64,000 nucleotides of DNA from Longimicrobiales bacterium (GTDB taxonomy: Bacteria > Gemmatimonadota > Gemmatimonadetes > Longimicrobiales > Gaopeijiaceae), in contig CBDCKN010000009.1 of assembly GCA_965218295.1 (NCBI GenBank), forward strand, positions 352,001 to 416,000. Reading direction: 5' to 3'. The notes under the pieces were generated by a model that worked only from the letters and a program-made list of their open reading frames with translations, did no database searches and had not been told where the DNA came from. This document shows positions 1 through 9,296 of the stretch, piece by piece. Within the stretch, counting starts at the first letter, position 1, and each line of letters starts with the position of its first letter. The translations under genes were made by a program, and so were the position numbers.

Positions 1-748
1 CGCTGGGAGTCGCACCGACGGCTTGCTCGAGCCAGTAAGGCAGGTACACGATGAACAGTGCCACGCCCATGAACATGAGGAAGTAGGCGGCCGCGGCCGC
101 AGCGATCTCCTTTCGCATGAACAGCGTCTTGTAGTCGCTGGCGGCGCGGGCCAGGGTGAGTCGCCCCTCGGTGCGCTTCACGTCTGGCTGGGGCACCCGG
201 AACCAGATCAAGAGACAGGTCATGCTCATGGCGGCGGCGAACAGATAGAAAGGAGCCCGGAAGCCATAGGCTCCGGCCAGCACGATCCCAAGGGGGATGC
301 CCGCGATCTGGCCAGCGGCCATGCCGCTCATCACCCAACCGGTGGCCCAGCCTCGCCTGTTGTACGGAAAGAAGTCACCGATGTAGGCGACGGCGGCCCC
401 GCTCAGGATCCCGCCCGCCAGCCCGGCGAAGACGCGGACCGCCAGAAACGAGTAGTACCCCACGACGAAGTGATGCAGGAGCAGGGCCGCGGTCATGATG
501 CCGGTCCCCAACAGCAGGATGCGGCGGCGCCCGATCTTGTCCGATATCGGACCTGAGATGATGGCGAAGACGCCGACCATGAGGGAGTAGGCCGAGATCA
601 GCGTGCCGAGGACGGACTCGGCGATTCCCAACTCCTCGCCGATGCGGGGGAGGATCGGCGAGATGATCATGATCTGGCTGCTGGCCGCGAAGACCAGAAG
701 CCAGAGGGCGAAGACGATGAGGCCGGGGGAGGGCTTATCTCGGCTCAA
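1..748 (-). CDS. MFS transporter (runs off window start)
   Basis: Minus strand from TTG at 748 reads MSRDKPSPGLIVFALWLLVFAASSQIMIISPILP...GPISDKIGRRRILL, matching MFS motif A (GxxxDRxGRR). Confidence 0.85.
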   Translation of the reverse strand, partial: MSRDKPSPGLIVFALWLLVFAASSQIMIISPILPRIGEELGIAESVLGTLISAYSLMVGVFAIISGPISDKIGRRRILLLGTGIMTAALLLHHFVVGYYSFLAVRVFAGLAGGILSGAAVAYIGDFFPYNRRGWATGWVMSGMAAGQIAGIPLGIVLAGAYGFRAPFYLFAAAMSMTCLLIWFRVPQPDVKRTEGRLTLARAASDYKTLFMRKEIAAAAAAYFLMFMGVALFIVYLPYWLEQAVGATPS

Positions 749-760
749 GCGCCACCATCC

Positions 761-1534
761 TCACCGGCTCTCCTTGTGGAATACGGTGGCGGAGCGCTGG
801 TCGGTGCACATCATGACCAGCTGAAGGACGTTTACGTGGGGCGGTGCGTTGGCCACGTAGCAGACGGCGTCAGCGACGTCGTCCGGAGTGAGGGGTGTGT
901 AGCCTTGGTAGATCTTCTCCGCCCTTTCCTCATCCCCACTGAATCGTACTAGGGAGAACTCGGTCTCGACGGCCCCGGGGTCGATGCTCGACACGCGGAC
1001 GTTCGTGCCCACGAGATCGATGCTCATCGCCTCGTTCAAGGCATACACCGCGAACTTGGTGGCGCTGTATACGTTGCCAGCGGGGTACACCCACCGTCCC
1101 GCGATGCTCCCGATGTTGATGACGTGGCCCTGGTCCCGTTCGACCATGACAGGGAGGATCGCCCGGGTCATGTAGAGAAGCCCTTTGACGTTGGTGTCGA
1201 TCATCTCCTCCCAATCCTCGATGTCGCCTTCCTGGATCGTGGCGAGCCCCCGGGCGAGACCGGCGTTGTTCAGGAGGATGTCGGGGACGACTCCCCGCTC
1301 CCTCAGGTCTGCGGCCAGCTCGTCGGCGAGGGCCCGGTCCCGCACGTCATGGACCCGGACGGCGACGTCGACCCCGGTCCGTGACAGCTCGTCGCGGATG
1401 GCGTTGAGCCGTTCCTCCCTCCGAGCCAGGAGAATGAGGTTCGCTCCGCGCTCGGCGAAGAGGCGGGCGCAGGACTCGCCGATTCCGGACGTCGCGCCGG
1501 TGATGACGACGGTCTTTCCTTCGATGCGATTCAT
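761..1534 (-). CDS. SDR family NAD(P)-dependent oxidoreductase (YdfG-like)
   Basis: TGATSGIG, NNAG, YSATK motifs; start taken at MNRIEGK downstream of GAGGAG. Confidence 0.9.
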   Translation of the reverse strand: MNRIEGKTVVITGATSGIGESCARLFAERGANLILLARREERLNAIRDELSRTGVDVAVRVHDVRDRALADELAADLRERGVVPDILLNNAGLARGLATIQEGDIEDWEEMIDTNVKGLLYMTRAILPVMVERDQGHVINIGSIAGRWVYPAGNVYSATKFAVYALNEAMSIDLVGTNVRVSSIDPGAVETEFSLVRFSGDEERAEKIYQGYTPLTPDDVADAVCYVANAPPHVNVLQLVMMCTDQRSATVFHKESR

Positions 1535-1890
1535 GAAGCGCTCCTCATCCGAGCCCCCTGGTCGGGGAAGTCGACCGCCGGCCCGCCAGGCCGACGGAGT
1601 GCGTGGCTTCAGGTCAGGGCGGGCCCTACGACACCACGGCGTCCGAAGGTGCGCACGCGCGCTGGGATGGGCAATGGGGCCGAGAGGACGCGGGCGGGAG
1701 TCGGTAGAGGTCCCCAACCCACACATTTCTAGATCGGCCTGTGGGCCCAGTGGCGTGGCGTCTTGCAGCTGACGCCTTGGGTTGGCATCGTGATCACACA
1801 GCAGAGTCGCGAGACGTTAGCGTGCGTCACTCTAGAGTTTGAGGGGCCTCGTCTGTGGCGTCTACGTGCCGACTTCGAAGGGAGCAAGCC

Positions 1891-3795
1891 ATGCCTAGTA
1901 ACTATGAGAAACTCTATACACGGTCGCTTGACGACCCGGAAGGCTTCTGGGCCGAAGCCGCCGAAGATGTCCACTGGTATAAGAGATGGGACAAGGTTCT
2001 CGATGATTCACGACAGCCCTTCTATCAGTGGTTCAAGGGCGGTGTGGTCAACAGTTGCTACAATGCCCTCGACCTGCATGTGGCCAACGGGCGAGGTGAT
2101 CAACTGGCACTCGTCTACGATAGCCCCGTCACCGACACCATTAAGGCCTTCACCTATCGTGAGCTGCTGGATCAGGTGGCCCGCTTTGCCGGGGTGCTCG
2201 CCAGCCAGGGGGTACAGCAAGGCGACCGGGTGCTCATCTATATGCCCACGGTGCCTGAGGCAGCCGTCGCCATGCTGGCTTGCGCCCGGATTGGGGCGGT
2301 CCACTCGGTGGTCTTCGGGGGCTTCGCCGCCGACGAGTTGGCCACCCGCATTGATGATGCCAAACCGAAATTGGTCGTCTCCGCCTCCTGCGGCATCGAG
2401 GTAGACCGGGTAATACCCTATAAGCTTCTGCTCGATCAGGCGATTGAGATTGCCTCGGCAAAGCCGGAGCGAAATATCATTCTCCAGCGCCCCCAGTCAG
2501 AGGCGTCCATGGTTGCCGGGCGAGATCTGGATTGGTCTGAACTGATGGCGGGCACGGAACCGGTTGATTGCGTGCCTGTCGCCGCAACCGATCCGCTTTA
2601 CATCCTCTATACCTCCGGCACAACGGGCGTCCCTAAAGGCGTCGTGCGCGATAACGGGGGTCATCTGGTTGCCCTGAAATGGAGCATGAAAAATATTTAC
2701 GGCGTTGATGCAGGCGAGGTTTATTGGGCGGCATCGGATGTGGGTTGGGTCGTCGGCCACTCTTATATCGTTTATGCGCCTCTGTTCAAGGGCTGTACCA
2801 GCATTGTGTACGAGGGCAAACCTGTCGGCACGCCCGACCCTGGCGCGTTCTGGCGGGTCATCTCTGAGCATGGAGTAAATGTTCTGTTCACGGCGCCGAC
2901 AGCTTTCCGAGCCATCAAGCGCGAAGATCCCAACGGCGATCATATCCGCAAGTACGACCTGAGCCCTTTCCGCACCCTTTTTCTGGCCGGTGAGCGATGC
3001 GATCCAGATACCCTCCTGTGGGCACAGAGACACCTCAACGTGCCGGTTATCGACCACTGGTGGCAGACCGAAACCGGCTGGCCGATTGGGGCTAACTGTG
3101 TCGGTCTGGGGATGTTCCCGGTCAAGCCAGGCTCCTGTACGAAGCCTGTACCCGGCTATGACGTGAGCATATTGGATGAGGCGGCCAACGAGGTAGCGGC
3201 CGGTCAAATCGAGAGTATTGCCATCAAGCTGCCCCTACCGCCCGGCTGCCTGCCGACCCTGTGGAACAATGATGCGGGCTACCAAGAAGCTTACCTGAAT
3301 GCCTTTCCCGGCTACTATACTACAGCGGATGCCGGTTACAAGGATGAGGACGGCTACCTCTGGATCATGAGCCGGACTGACGACATCATCAATGTGGCCG
3401 GGCATCGGTTGTCTACCGGGGCGATAGAGGAAGTGCTCGCCTCCCATCCCGACGTGGCTGAATGCGCCGTCCTGGGTATAGCAGACGAGATCAAGGGAGA
3501 GGTCCCACTCGGCACGATCGTGCTGAAAGCGGGCGTACAGCGCGCCCACGGCGAGATTATCCAAGAGCTTATCCAAATGGTGCGGGACAAGATTGGTCCA
3601 GTCGCTTCCTTCAAGATGGTGGCCGTCGTGAAGCGGCTGCCAAAAACGCGGTCGGGCAAGATTTTGCGAGGGACCATGAAGAAGATCGCCGATGGGGTCG
3701 AATACCGCATGCCGGCGACGATCGATGATCCGGCTGTCTTGGACGAAATCGCAGGAGCCTTTGCGGTTTCCTCACAAAGATCGACCGTGAGCTAA
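1891..3795 (+). CDS. prpE: Propionyl-CoA synthetase (acetate/propionate-CoA ligase family)
   Basis: YTSGTTGVPKG AMP-binding loop, DHWWQTETG, LPKTRSGKILR; ATG at 1891 after GGGAG. Confidence 0.85.
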   Translation: MPSNYEKLYTRSLDDPEGFWAEAAEDVHWYKRWDKVLDDSRQPFYQWFKGGVVNSCYNALDLHVANGRGDQLALVYDSPVTDTIKAFTYRELLDQVARFAGVLASQGVQQGDRVLIYMPTVPEAAVAMLACARIGAVHSVVFGGFAADELATRIDDAKPKLVVSASCGIEVDRVIPYKLLLDQAIEIASAKPERNIILQRPQSEASMVAGRDLDWSELMAGTEPVDCVPVAATDPLYILYTSGTTGVPKGVVRDNGGHLVALKWSMKNIYGVDAGEVYWAASDVGWVVGHSYIVYAPLFKGCTSIVYEGKPVGTPDPGAFWRVISEHGVNVLFTAPTAFRAIKREDPNGDHIRKYDLSPFRTLFLAGERCDPDTLLWAQRHLNVPVIDHWWQTETGWPIGANCVGLGMFPVKPGSCTKPVPGYDVSILDEAANEVAAGQIESIAIKLPLPPGCLPTLWNNDAGYQEAYLNAFPGYYTTADAGYKDEDGYLWIMSRTDDIINVAGHRLSTGAIEEVLASHPDVAECAVLGIADEIKGEVPLGTIVLKAGVQRAHGEIIQELIQMVRDKIGPVASFKMVAVVKRLPKTRSGKILRGTMKKIADGVEYRMPATIDDPAVLDEIAGAFAVSSQRSTVS

Positions 3796-3800
3796 AGACT

Positions 3801-4990
3801 TTGGAAGCACTACATCGGATCCCGATCTCCCAAAGTGAACTGACAGCGCTCATCGAGCGGGCGCAGGAAGAAGGCATATCGCGCCGCCAGCTCATGAAGC
3901 TCTTCGCGGTCGGTGGGATGAGCGCCGTGCTGGCTGCCTGTGAGCGGCCGCCTGCTTCGGGCGGGGCTTCGGCAGGCGCGGAGTCCGGCGGCGCGGAGTC
4001 GCCGTGGCTGAAGAGTCCCGACCCCTTCATCGAGCACCCCACCAACCTGGAGACGCGCCTCGAGCTGCTCGACGGAGTAATCACGCCCAACGAGCTGTTC
4101 TTCGTCCGCAACCACGCGCCCACCCCCCGAATCGACGCCACGGCGTATCGCCTCCGCGTCGAAGGCGACGCAGTCAACGAGCCGGTCGAGCTCACAAGGG
4201 ACGATCTCCGCGCTCTTCCGAGTCGGTCGTGGGTCGGTCCGCCAGCGGTGGGCAGTGGGCCACCGGCGGTGTCGGTTGCGCGGAGTGGAGTGGGCCCACC
4301 CTCGCCTCGGTGCTGGTCCTTGCGGGGGTCCGCGACACCGCGGTGGACGTCGACCTCACCGGTTTCGACGAGGGAGGCTTCAGCCGCGCCATGCCGATCG
4401 ATCGCGCCATGGACCCCACCACGCTTCTCGCCCACACCATGAATGGCGTTGATCTGCCGCCCGACCACGGCTTTCCGCTTCGAGCGGTGGTCCCCGGCTG
4501 GGTAGGAAGCAGTAGCGTCAAGTGGTTGGGGCGTATTGTCGTGACCTCGCAGAAGGTCTGGTCGAAGAACAACACCACGTCGTACGTGCTCATCGGCGAG
4601 GACTGGCCTGCGGAGGGGTACGCCCCGGCGGATGGTGCTCCCATCACCACCGGTGTCGTGAAGAGCGCGCTTGCGCTCCCACGACCGGCCGAGCTCTCCG
4701 CCGGCTCCAACGTGATCTCGGGCTTCGCATACTCCCCCAATGGGCCCGTCCAGCGGGTCGAGTGGAGCGCCGACGCCGGGTCGACCTGGCAGGATGCCCT
4801 CATTCTGGACCCGATCCTTCCCCACGCGTGGCAGCGATTCCAGTTCGACTGGAACGCGCCTGCGGGCCGGCACGCGCTGCTGACGCGTGCGACGGACGCA
4901 GCCGGCCGGAGGCAACCGGACCGGGCCACCTACAACACTAAGGGGTACCTGCTCAACATCGTGCTCCCACACCCGGTCTTGGTCGCTTAA
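3801..4990 (+). pseudogene. Sulfite oxidase-family molybdoenzyme (SorA-like), Tat/lipoprotein signal, frameshifting internal deletion
   Basis: SRRQLMK...LAAC signal, FFVRNH, HGFPLRAVVPGWVG..SVKWL and C-terminal dimerisation domain; frame changes near 4229, where the Mo-ligand xCAGN segment is absent. Confidence 0.8.
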
Positions 4991-5046
4991 GCCTGACGGA
5001 GCGCCGACCTATTTCGAGCGATAGCCGGCTGTCCGGGCGAACGGGT

Positions 5047-5409
5047 GTGGCGCTAGCGGTGGGCGTGGTCCTGCTGGCGGGAGTCGGTGTGATCGTTCCG
5101 CGCTGGGTGGCAGGGAGGGGCCGCGTGCGTGCCGCCGAGCTGTACGAGGCGCGCTGCGCGGTTTGCCACGAGGTCGAAGGCGGCATCGGCACCCGACTCG
5201 ACCGCCGGGTCCTGGCTTACTACGAGACCGCTCGGGGCCTCTTCAACTACGTGCGGTTGGCCATGCCCTACGACGCTCCGCGGACCCTTCCGGACGAGGA
5301 GTACTGGTTGGCCGTCGGGCACCTGCTCCGATCGCGTGGGCTGGTAGGTAAGGACGTCGTCGTGAACGCGGCGACGGCCGATGGAATCGAGCTGGAGGGT
5401 GATGGCTGA
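5047..5409 (+). CDS. Monoheme cytochrome c, probable electron acceptor of the upstream molybdoenzyme
   Basis: N-terminal hydrophobic anchor, CAVCH heme motif, distal MP. Confidence 0.8.
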   Translation: MALAVGVVLLAGVGVIVPRWVAGRGRVRAAELYEARCAVCHEVEGGIGTRLDRRVLAYYETARGLFNYVRLAMPYDAPRTLPDEEYWLAVGHLLRSRGLVGKDVVVNAATADGIELEGDG

Positions 5410-5641
5410 GCGCGATCACTGCACCGTCCCTGCCGCTCACTTCGTGGCGCTCTACGTACATGCCGAGGTGTCTGGGCGCAGCGCACGGGCATCACGCAGG
5501 ATCAGGTAATCACCGAGTTCGCCCACATCGCGTTCTCTGACATCCGCCACCTGTCCAGCCCCGGTCTTGACCATCGTAAGCTCTTCCTGAGTCATGCTTC
5601 AGGGCTCTCCTTCAGAAGTGGCCCCGGGAACGAACGGCGCC

Positions 5642-5920
5642 GCTGGCCCACTGGTTGTGAGCTTCACATTCGGAGCGTACCATAGCGGACGACCCCCAAG
5701 CTGTGCACGGGAGTGAGTCGCACCGCGTCGAGGTTCAGTGGATGAGCTTCTCGAGCTCCTTCAGCCGGTAGGACCGGCCTTTGAGGTTAAGCATGGCAGT
5801 GCTGGAGCAGCCGTAGAGGAGGGCCGTGGTCACGTTTGTCTCGTGCTTTCACGAGCGCGGTCAGGCCGGCGAGCACCTTGCGACGTGACGTGCACGGTAC
5901 TCACAAGAAAGGAAGATACG
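5642..5920. repeat. Upstream cassette flank, copy A (near-identical to 11738-12010)
   Basis: Visual alignment from gctggcccactggttgtgagcttcac to tcacaagaaaggaagatacg. Confidence 0.95.
5735..5833 (-). mobile_element. IS21-family istB 3' remnant
   Basis: Reads VTTALL/(RLLQHCH in shifted frame)/LNLKGRSYRLKELEKLIH*, resembling the IstB C-terminal DRLLHxCHVLNIKGRSYRL motif. Confidence 0.7.
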
Positions 5921-7531
5921 ATGAAGCGCACGTTCAAGAGATTCGCGTTGGGCCTGGCCCTGGCGATTGGAGCGGGGTGGGTCGCCTGCGGTGGGCCGTC
6001 GGCTGCTGTCGCCGACTGCGAGGCGCTCTTCCCGACAAGACCTTTACCACCTGGTCATTCTCCACTGCCGACGGCGGACTTCACGACCATTCAGGATGCG
6101 CCGACGCAGGTGACGGGAGCCCGGGTGGTGGATGCCGCCGGCGATGTGCCCGCCCATTGCCGTGTGGAGGGCTATGTCTCGCCCAATGTCGCATTCGTGT
6201 TACGAATGCCGGGGAGCTCCGACTGGAACGGTAACTTTATGGAGGCGAGCCCTGGCGGCTATGGCGGCTCGACGGAGGCGTCGGCCCCCTGGTGCGATGA
6301 GGGATTGCGGAGAGGCTATGCCTGTATCACGCACGATACGGGCCATACCGGCTGGAATCTCAGGGCCTCGTGGGCCTACAACAATCTCCAGGCGGAGTTT
6401 GATTACGGCATCCGCGGTCACCATGTCGTCGCCCTGGCGGGCAAGGCCATCACAGAACACTACTACGGCAGGGCGCCCGAGTTCTCGTATCATGTTGGCT
6501 GTTCCGGCGGCGGCAAGCAGGGGATGGTCGAAGCGCAGCGATTTCCGTGGAACTTCGACGGCATTCTTGCCATAGAGCCCTCCATCGTGACGTCCACGGG
6601 CGTCATGATCCTGTGGAACGCCTTGGCGACTCATGACGAGGACGGCAATCCGCTTTTCACGCCCGCCGATCTGGACGTGCTTCACGAGGGAGCCATGGCC
6701 GCATGCGATGCGGACGATGGCCTCGAGGATGGGATCATCGGTGGCGATCCCCGGACCTGCACATTCGATCCTGCCGAACTGACCTGTGAGCGGGGTCAGA
6801 GATCGGGCTGTCTGTCGCCGGTCCAGGTGGAGGCGGCCAGGAAAGTCTATGAGGGGCCGGTGACGTCGGAAGGCGAGAAGATCAGCAAATACTTCCCCTG
6901 GTTACCCGCTCTGCCCGGCTCGGAGAAGGGTACCTTCTTTTCCATGGATCGCGAGTATAAGACCAGCTGGTGGCAGTACATGGGTTTCGATCCGGATCCG
7001 GGGCCGAGCTGGAAGGCGACCGATTTTGATTTCGACCACGACTACAAGCGCACCGGGGTGATGGACGCGATTGTGACTGGCTACGGCAATCCCGATCTGC
7101 GTAACCTCAAGGCTGCGGGTGGCAAGCTGATGATCATCCAGGGCTGGGAAGACTCCGGCGCGAACGGGCCACGAGTCACCGCCGATTATTATGAGATGGC
7201 GGAGAGAATCATGGGCGGGCGGGCCAGCACCCAAGAGTCTGTTCGGCTGTTCATGATTCCGGGGCGGTCGCATTGCTCTGGTGGCGTGGGTGCGGCCAGC
7301 GGCGACTTTTTCAGCTATCTAGAAACCTGGGTCGAACAGGGTCAGACGCCCGATATGATGATAGGCTATCATGCCGACGGAATGACTTCCGTTGAAGCGA
7401 GTTCATCGGTACCCGACAGGTACGAATTCACTCGGCCCCATTATCCATATCCGCTCCAGGCGAGATACAAAGGGAGTGGCGATCCTAACGACTACCGGAG
7501 TTTCGAGCCTGTCGAACCAAGGCGTCGCTGA
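5921..7531 (+). CDS. Tannase/feruloyl esterase family alpha/beta hydrolase, copy 1 (predicted lipoprotein)
   Basis: WNGNF, GGYGG, HDTGH, GCSGGG nucleophile, GWED acid, SHC His; lipobox-like WVAC. Confidence 0.9.
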   Translation: MKRTFKRFALGLALAIGAGWVACGGPSAAVADCEALFPTRPLPPGHSPLPTADFTTIQDAPTQVTGARVVDAAGDVPAHCRVEGYVSPNVAFVLRMPGSSDWNGNFMEASPGGYGGSTEASAPWCDEGLRRGYACITHDTGHTGWNLRASWAYNNLQAEFDYGIRGHHVVALAGKAITEHYYGRAPEFSYHVGCSGGGKQGMVEAQRFPWNFDGILAIEPSIVTSTGVMILWNALATHDEDGNPLFTPADLDVLHEGAMAACDADDGLEDGIIGGDPRTCTFDPAELTCERGQRSGCLSPVQVEAARKVYEGPVTSEGEKISKYFPWLPALPGSEKGTFFSMDREYKTSWWQYMGFDPDPGPSWKATDFDFDHDYKRTGVMDAIVTGYGNPDLRNLKAAGGKLMIIQGWEDSGANGPRVTADYYEMAERIMGGRASTQESVRLFMIPGRSHCSGGVGAASGDFFSYLETWVEQGQTPDMMIGYHADGMTSVEASSSVPDRYEFTRPHYPYPLQARYKGSGDPNDYRSFEPVEPRRR

Positions 7532-7557
7532 GGTCAAAGAAAAGAAAGGAAGATACG

Positions 7558-9228
7558 ATGAAGCACACGTTCAAGAGATTCACGGTGGGCCTGGCCCTGG
7601 CGATGGGAGCGGTGTGGGTCGGGGCCGGCAGCCCGAGCGCCGGTGCGATCCTGGCCGTTGAGACAGATCCCAGCGAGGCGGTCCGGCCCGGTGGGCCGTC
7701 GGCTGCTGTCGCCGACTGCGAGGAGCTCTTGCCGACAAGCACTTTACCTGGTCGTCCTACGCTGCCGACGCCGGACTTCACGACCATTCAGGATGCGCCG
7801 ACGCAGGTGACGGAAGCCCGGGTGGTGAATGCCGCCGGCGATGTGCCCGCCCATTGTCGTGTGGAGGGCTATGTCACGCCCAATGTCGAATTCGTGTTAC
7901 GACTGCCGAGGAGCTTCGACTGGAACGGTAACTTTCTGGAGGCGAGCCCTGGCGGCTATGGCGGCTCGACGGAGGCGCGGGTCCTTTGGTGCGATGAGGC
8001 ATTGCGGAGAGGCTATGCCTGCATCACGCACGATACGGGCCATACGGGCATAAGCTCCAGGGCCTCGTGGGCCTACAACAATCTCCAGGCGGAGTTTGAT
8101 TACGGCATCCGCGGCCACCATGTCGTCGCCCTGGCGGGCAAGGCCATCACAGAACACTACTACGGCAGGGCGCCAGAGTTCTCCTACCATGCTGGCTGTT
8201 CCGGCGGCGGCAAGCAGGGGATGGTCGAAGCACAGCGATTTCCGTGGAACTTCGACGGCATTCTCGCTCTGGAGCCCTCCACCGTGACGGCATCGGGCGT
8301 CATGATCCTTTGGAACGCCTTGGCGACTCATGACGAGGACGGCAATCCGCTTTTCACGCCCGCCGATCTGGACGTGCTTCACGCGGGAGCCATCGCCGCA
8401 TGCGATGCGGACGATGGCCTCGAGGATGGGATCATCGGTGGCGATCCCCGGACCTGTGAATTCGATCCTGCCGAACTGACCTGCGAGCGGGGTCAGAGAT
8501 CGGGCTGTCTGTCGCCGGTCCAGGTGGAGGCGGCCAGGAAAGTCTACAGCGGGCCGGTGACGTCGGAAGGCGAGAAGCTCAGCAGATACTTCCCCTGGTA
8601 CCCCGCCACGCCCGGCTCGGAGCTGGGTACCTACTTTTCCATGGATCGCGAGTATAAGACCAGTTACTGGCAGTACATGGGTTTCAATCCGGATCCGGGG
8701 CCGAGCTGGAAGGCGACCGATTTTGATTTCGACCACGATTACAAGCGCACCGGGATGATGGACGGGATTGTGAGTGGCTACAGGAATCCCGATCTGCGTA
8801 ACCTCAAGGCTGCGGGTGGCAAGCTGATGATCGTCCAGGGCTGGGAAGACTCCGGCCTTCCCGGGCCGCGAGTCAGCGTCGACTACTATGAGATGGCGGA
8901 AAGAATCATAGGCGGGCGGGCCAGCACCCAGGAATTTTATCGCCTCTTCATGATTCCGGGGCGGTCGCATTGCTCTGATGGCGTTGGTGCGTTCAGCGGC
9001 GACTTTCTCAGTTATCTCGAAGCCTGGGTCGAAAAGGGTCAGGCGCCCGACATGATGATAGGCTATCATGCCGAAGGAATGAATTCCTTTGAAGCGAATT
9101 CATCGGTACCCGACAGGTACGAATTCACTCGGCCTCATTATCCATATCCGCTGCAGGCGAGATACAAAGGCAGCGGCGATCCTAACGACTACCGGAATTT
9201 CGAGCCTGTCGAACCGAGGCGTCGCTGA
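7558..9228 (+). CDS. Tannase/feruloyl esterase family hydrolase, copy 2
   Basis: Same motifs as copy 1; Sec/SPI-type signal peptide. Confidence 0.9.
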   Translation: MKHTFKRFTVGLALAMGAVWVGAGSPSAGAILAVETDPSEAVRPGGPSAAVADCEELLPTSTLPGRPTLPTPDFTTIQDAPTQVTEARVVNAAGDVPAHCRVEGYVTPNVEFVLRLPRSFDWNGNFLEASPGGYGGSTEARVLWCDEALRRGYACITHDTGHTGISSRASWAYNNLQAEFDYGIRGHHVVALAGKAITEHYYGRAPEFSYHAGCSGGGKQGMVEAQRFPWNFDGILALEPSTVTASGVMILWNALATHDEDGNPLFTPADLDVLHAGAIAACDADDGLEDGIIGGDPRTCEFDPAELTCERGQRSGCLSPVQVEAARKVYSGPVTSEGEKLSRYFPWYPATPGSELGTYFSMDREYKTSYWQYMGFNPDPGPSWKATDFDFDHDYKRTGMMDGIVSGYRNPDLRNLKAAGGKLMIVQGWEDSGLPGPRVSVDYYEMAERIIGGRASTQEFYRLFMIPGRSHCSDGVGAFSGDFLSYLEAWVEKGQAPDMMIGYHAEGMNSFEANSSVPDRYEFTRPHYPYPLQARYKGSGDPNDYRNFEPVEPRRR

Positions 9229-9295
9229 GATCAAGGAAAGGAAGAGTCGCTGAGATCAAGGAAAGGAAGAGTCGCTGAGATCAAGGAAAGGAAGA
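9221..9295 (+). repeat. Perfect 3 x 25-bp tandem repeat gtcgctgagatcaaggaaaggaaga
   Basis: Units at 9221, 9246 and 9271; includes copy 2 stop codon and purine-rich RBS of copy 3. Confidence 0.95.
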
Positions 9296-9296
9296 T

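Noticed and set aside
5452..5595. Short minus-strand ORF MTQEELTMVKTG... with an upstream GAAGGAG
   Set aside because: Under 50 codons with no recognisable homology; cannot be supported
5738..5920. N-terminal extensions of esterase ORFs (5738 and 11702 starts)
   Set aside because: They read through the antisense istB remnant; RBS and signal peptide place the starts at 5921 and 12011
9221..9295. Possible CRISPR array (also 42883-42962)
   Set aside because: Repeats are directly adjacent with no spacers, and no cas genes are present
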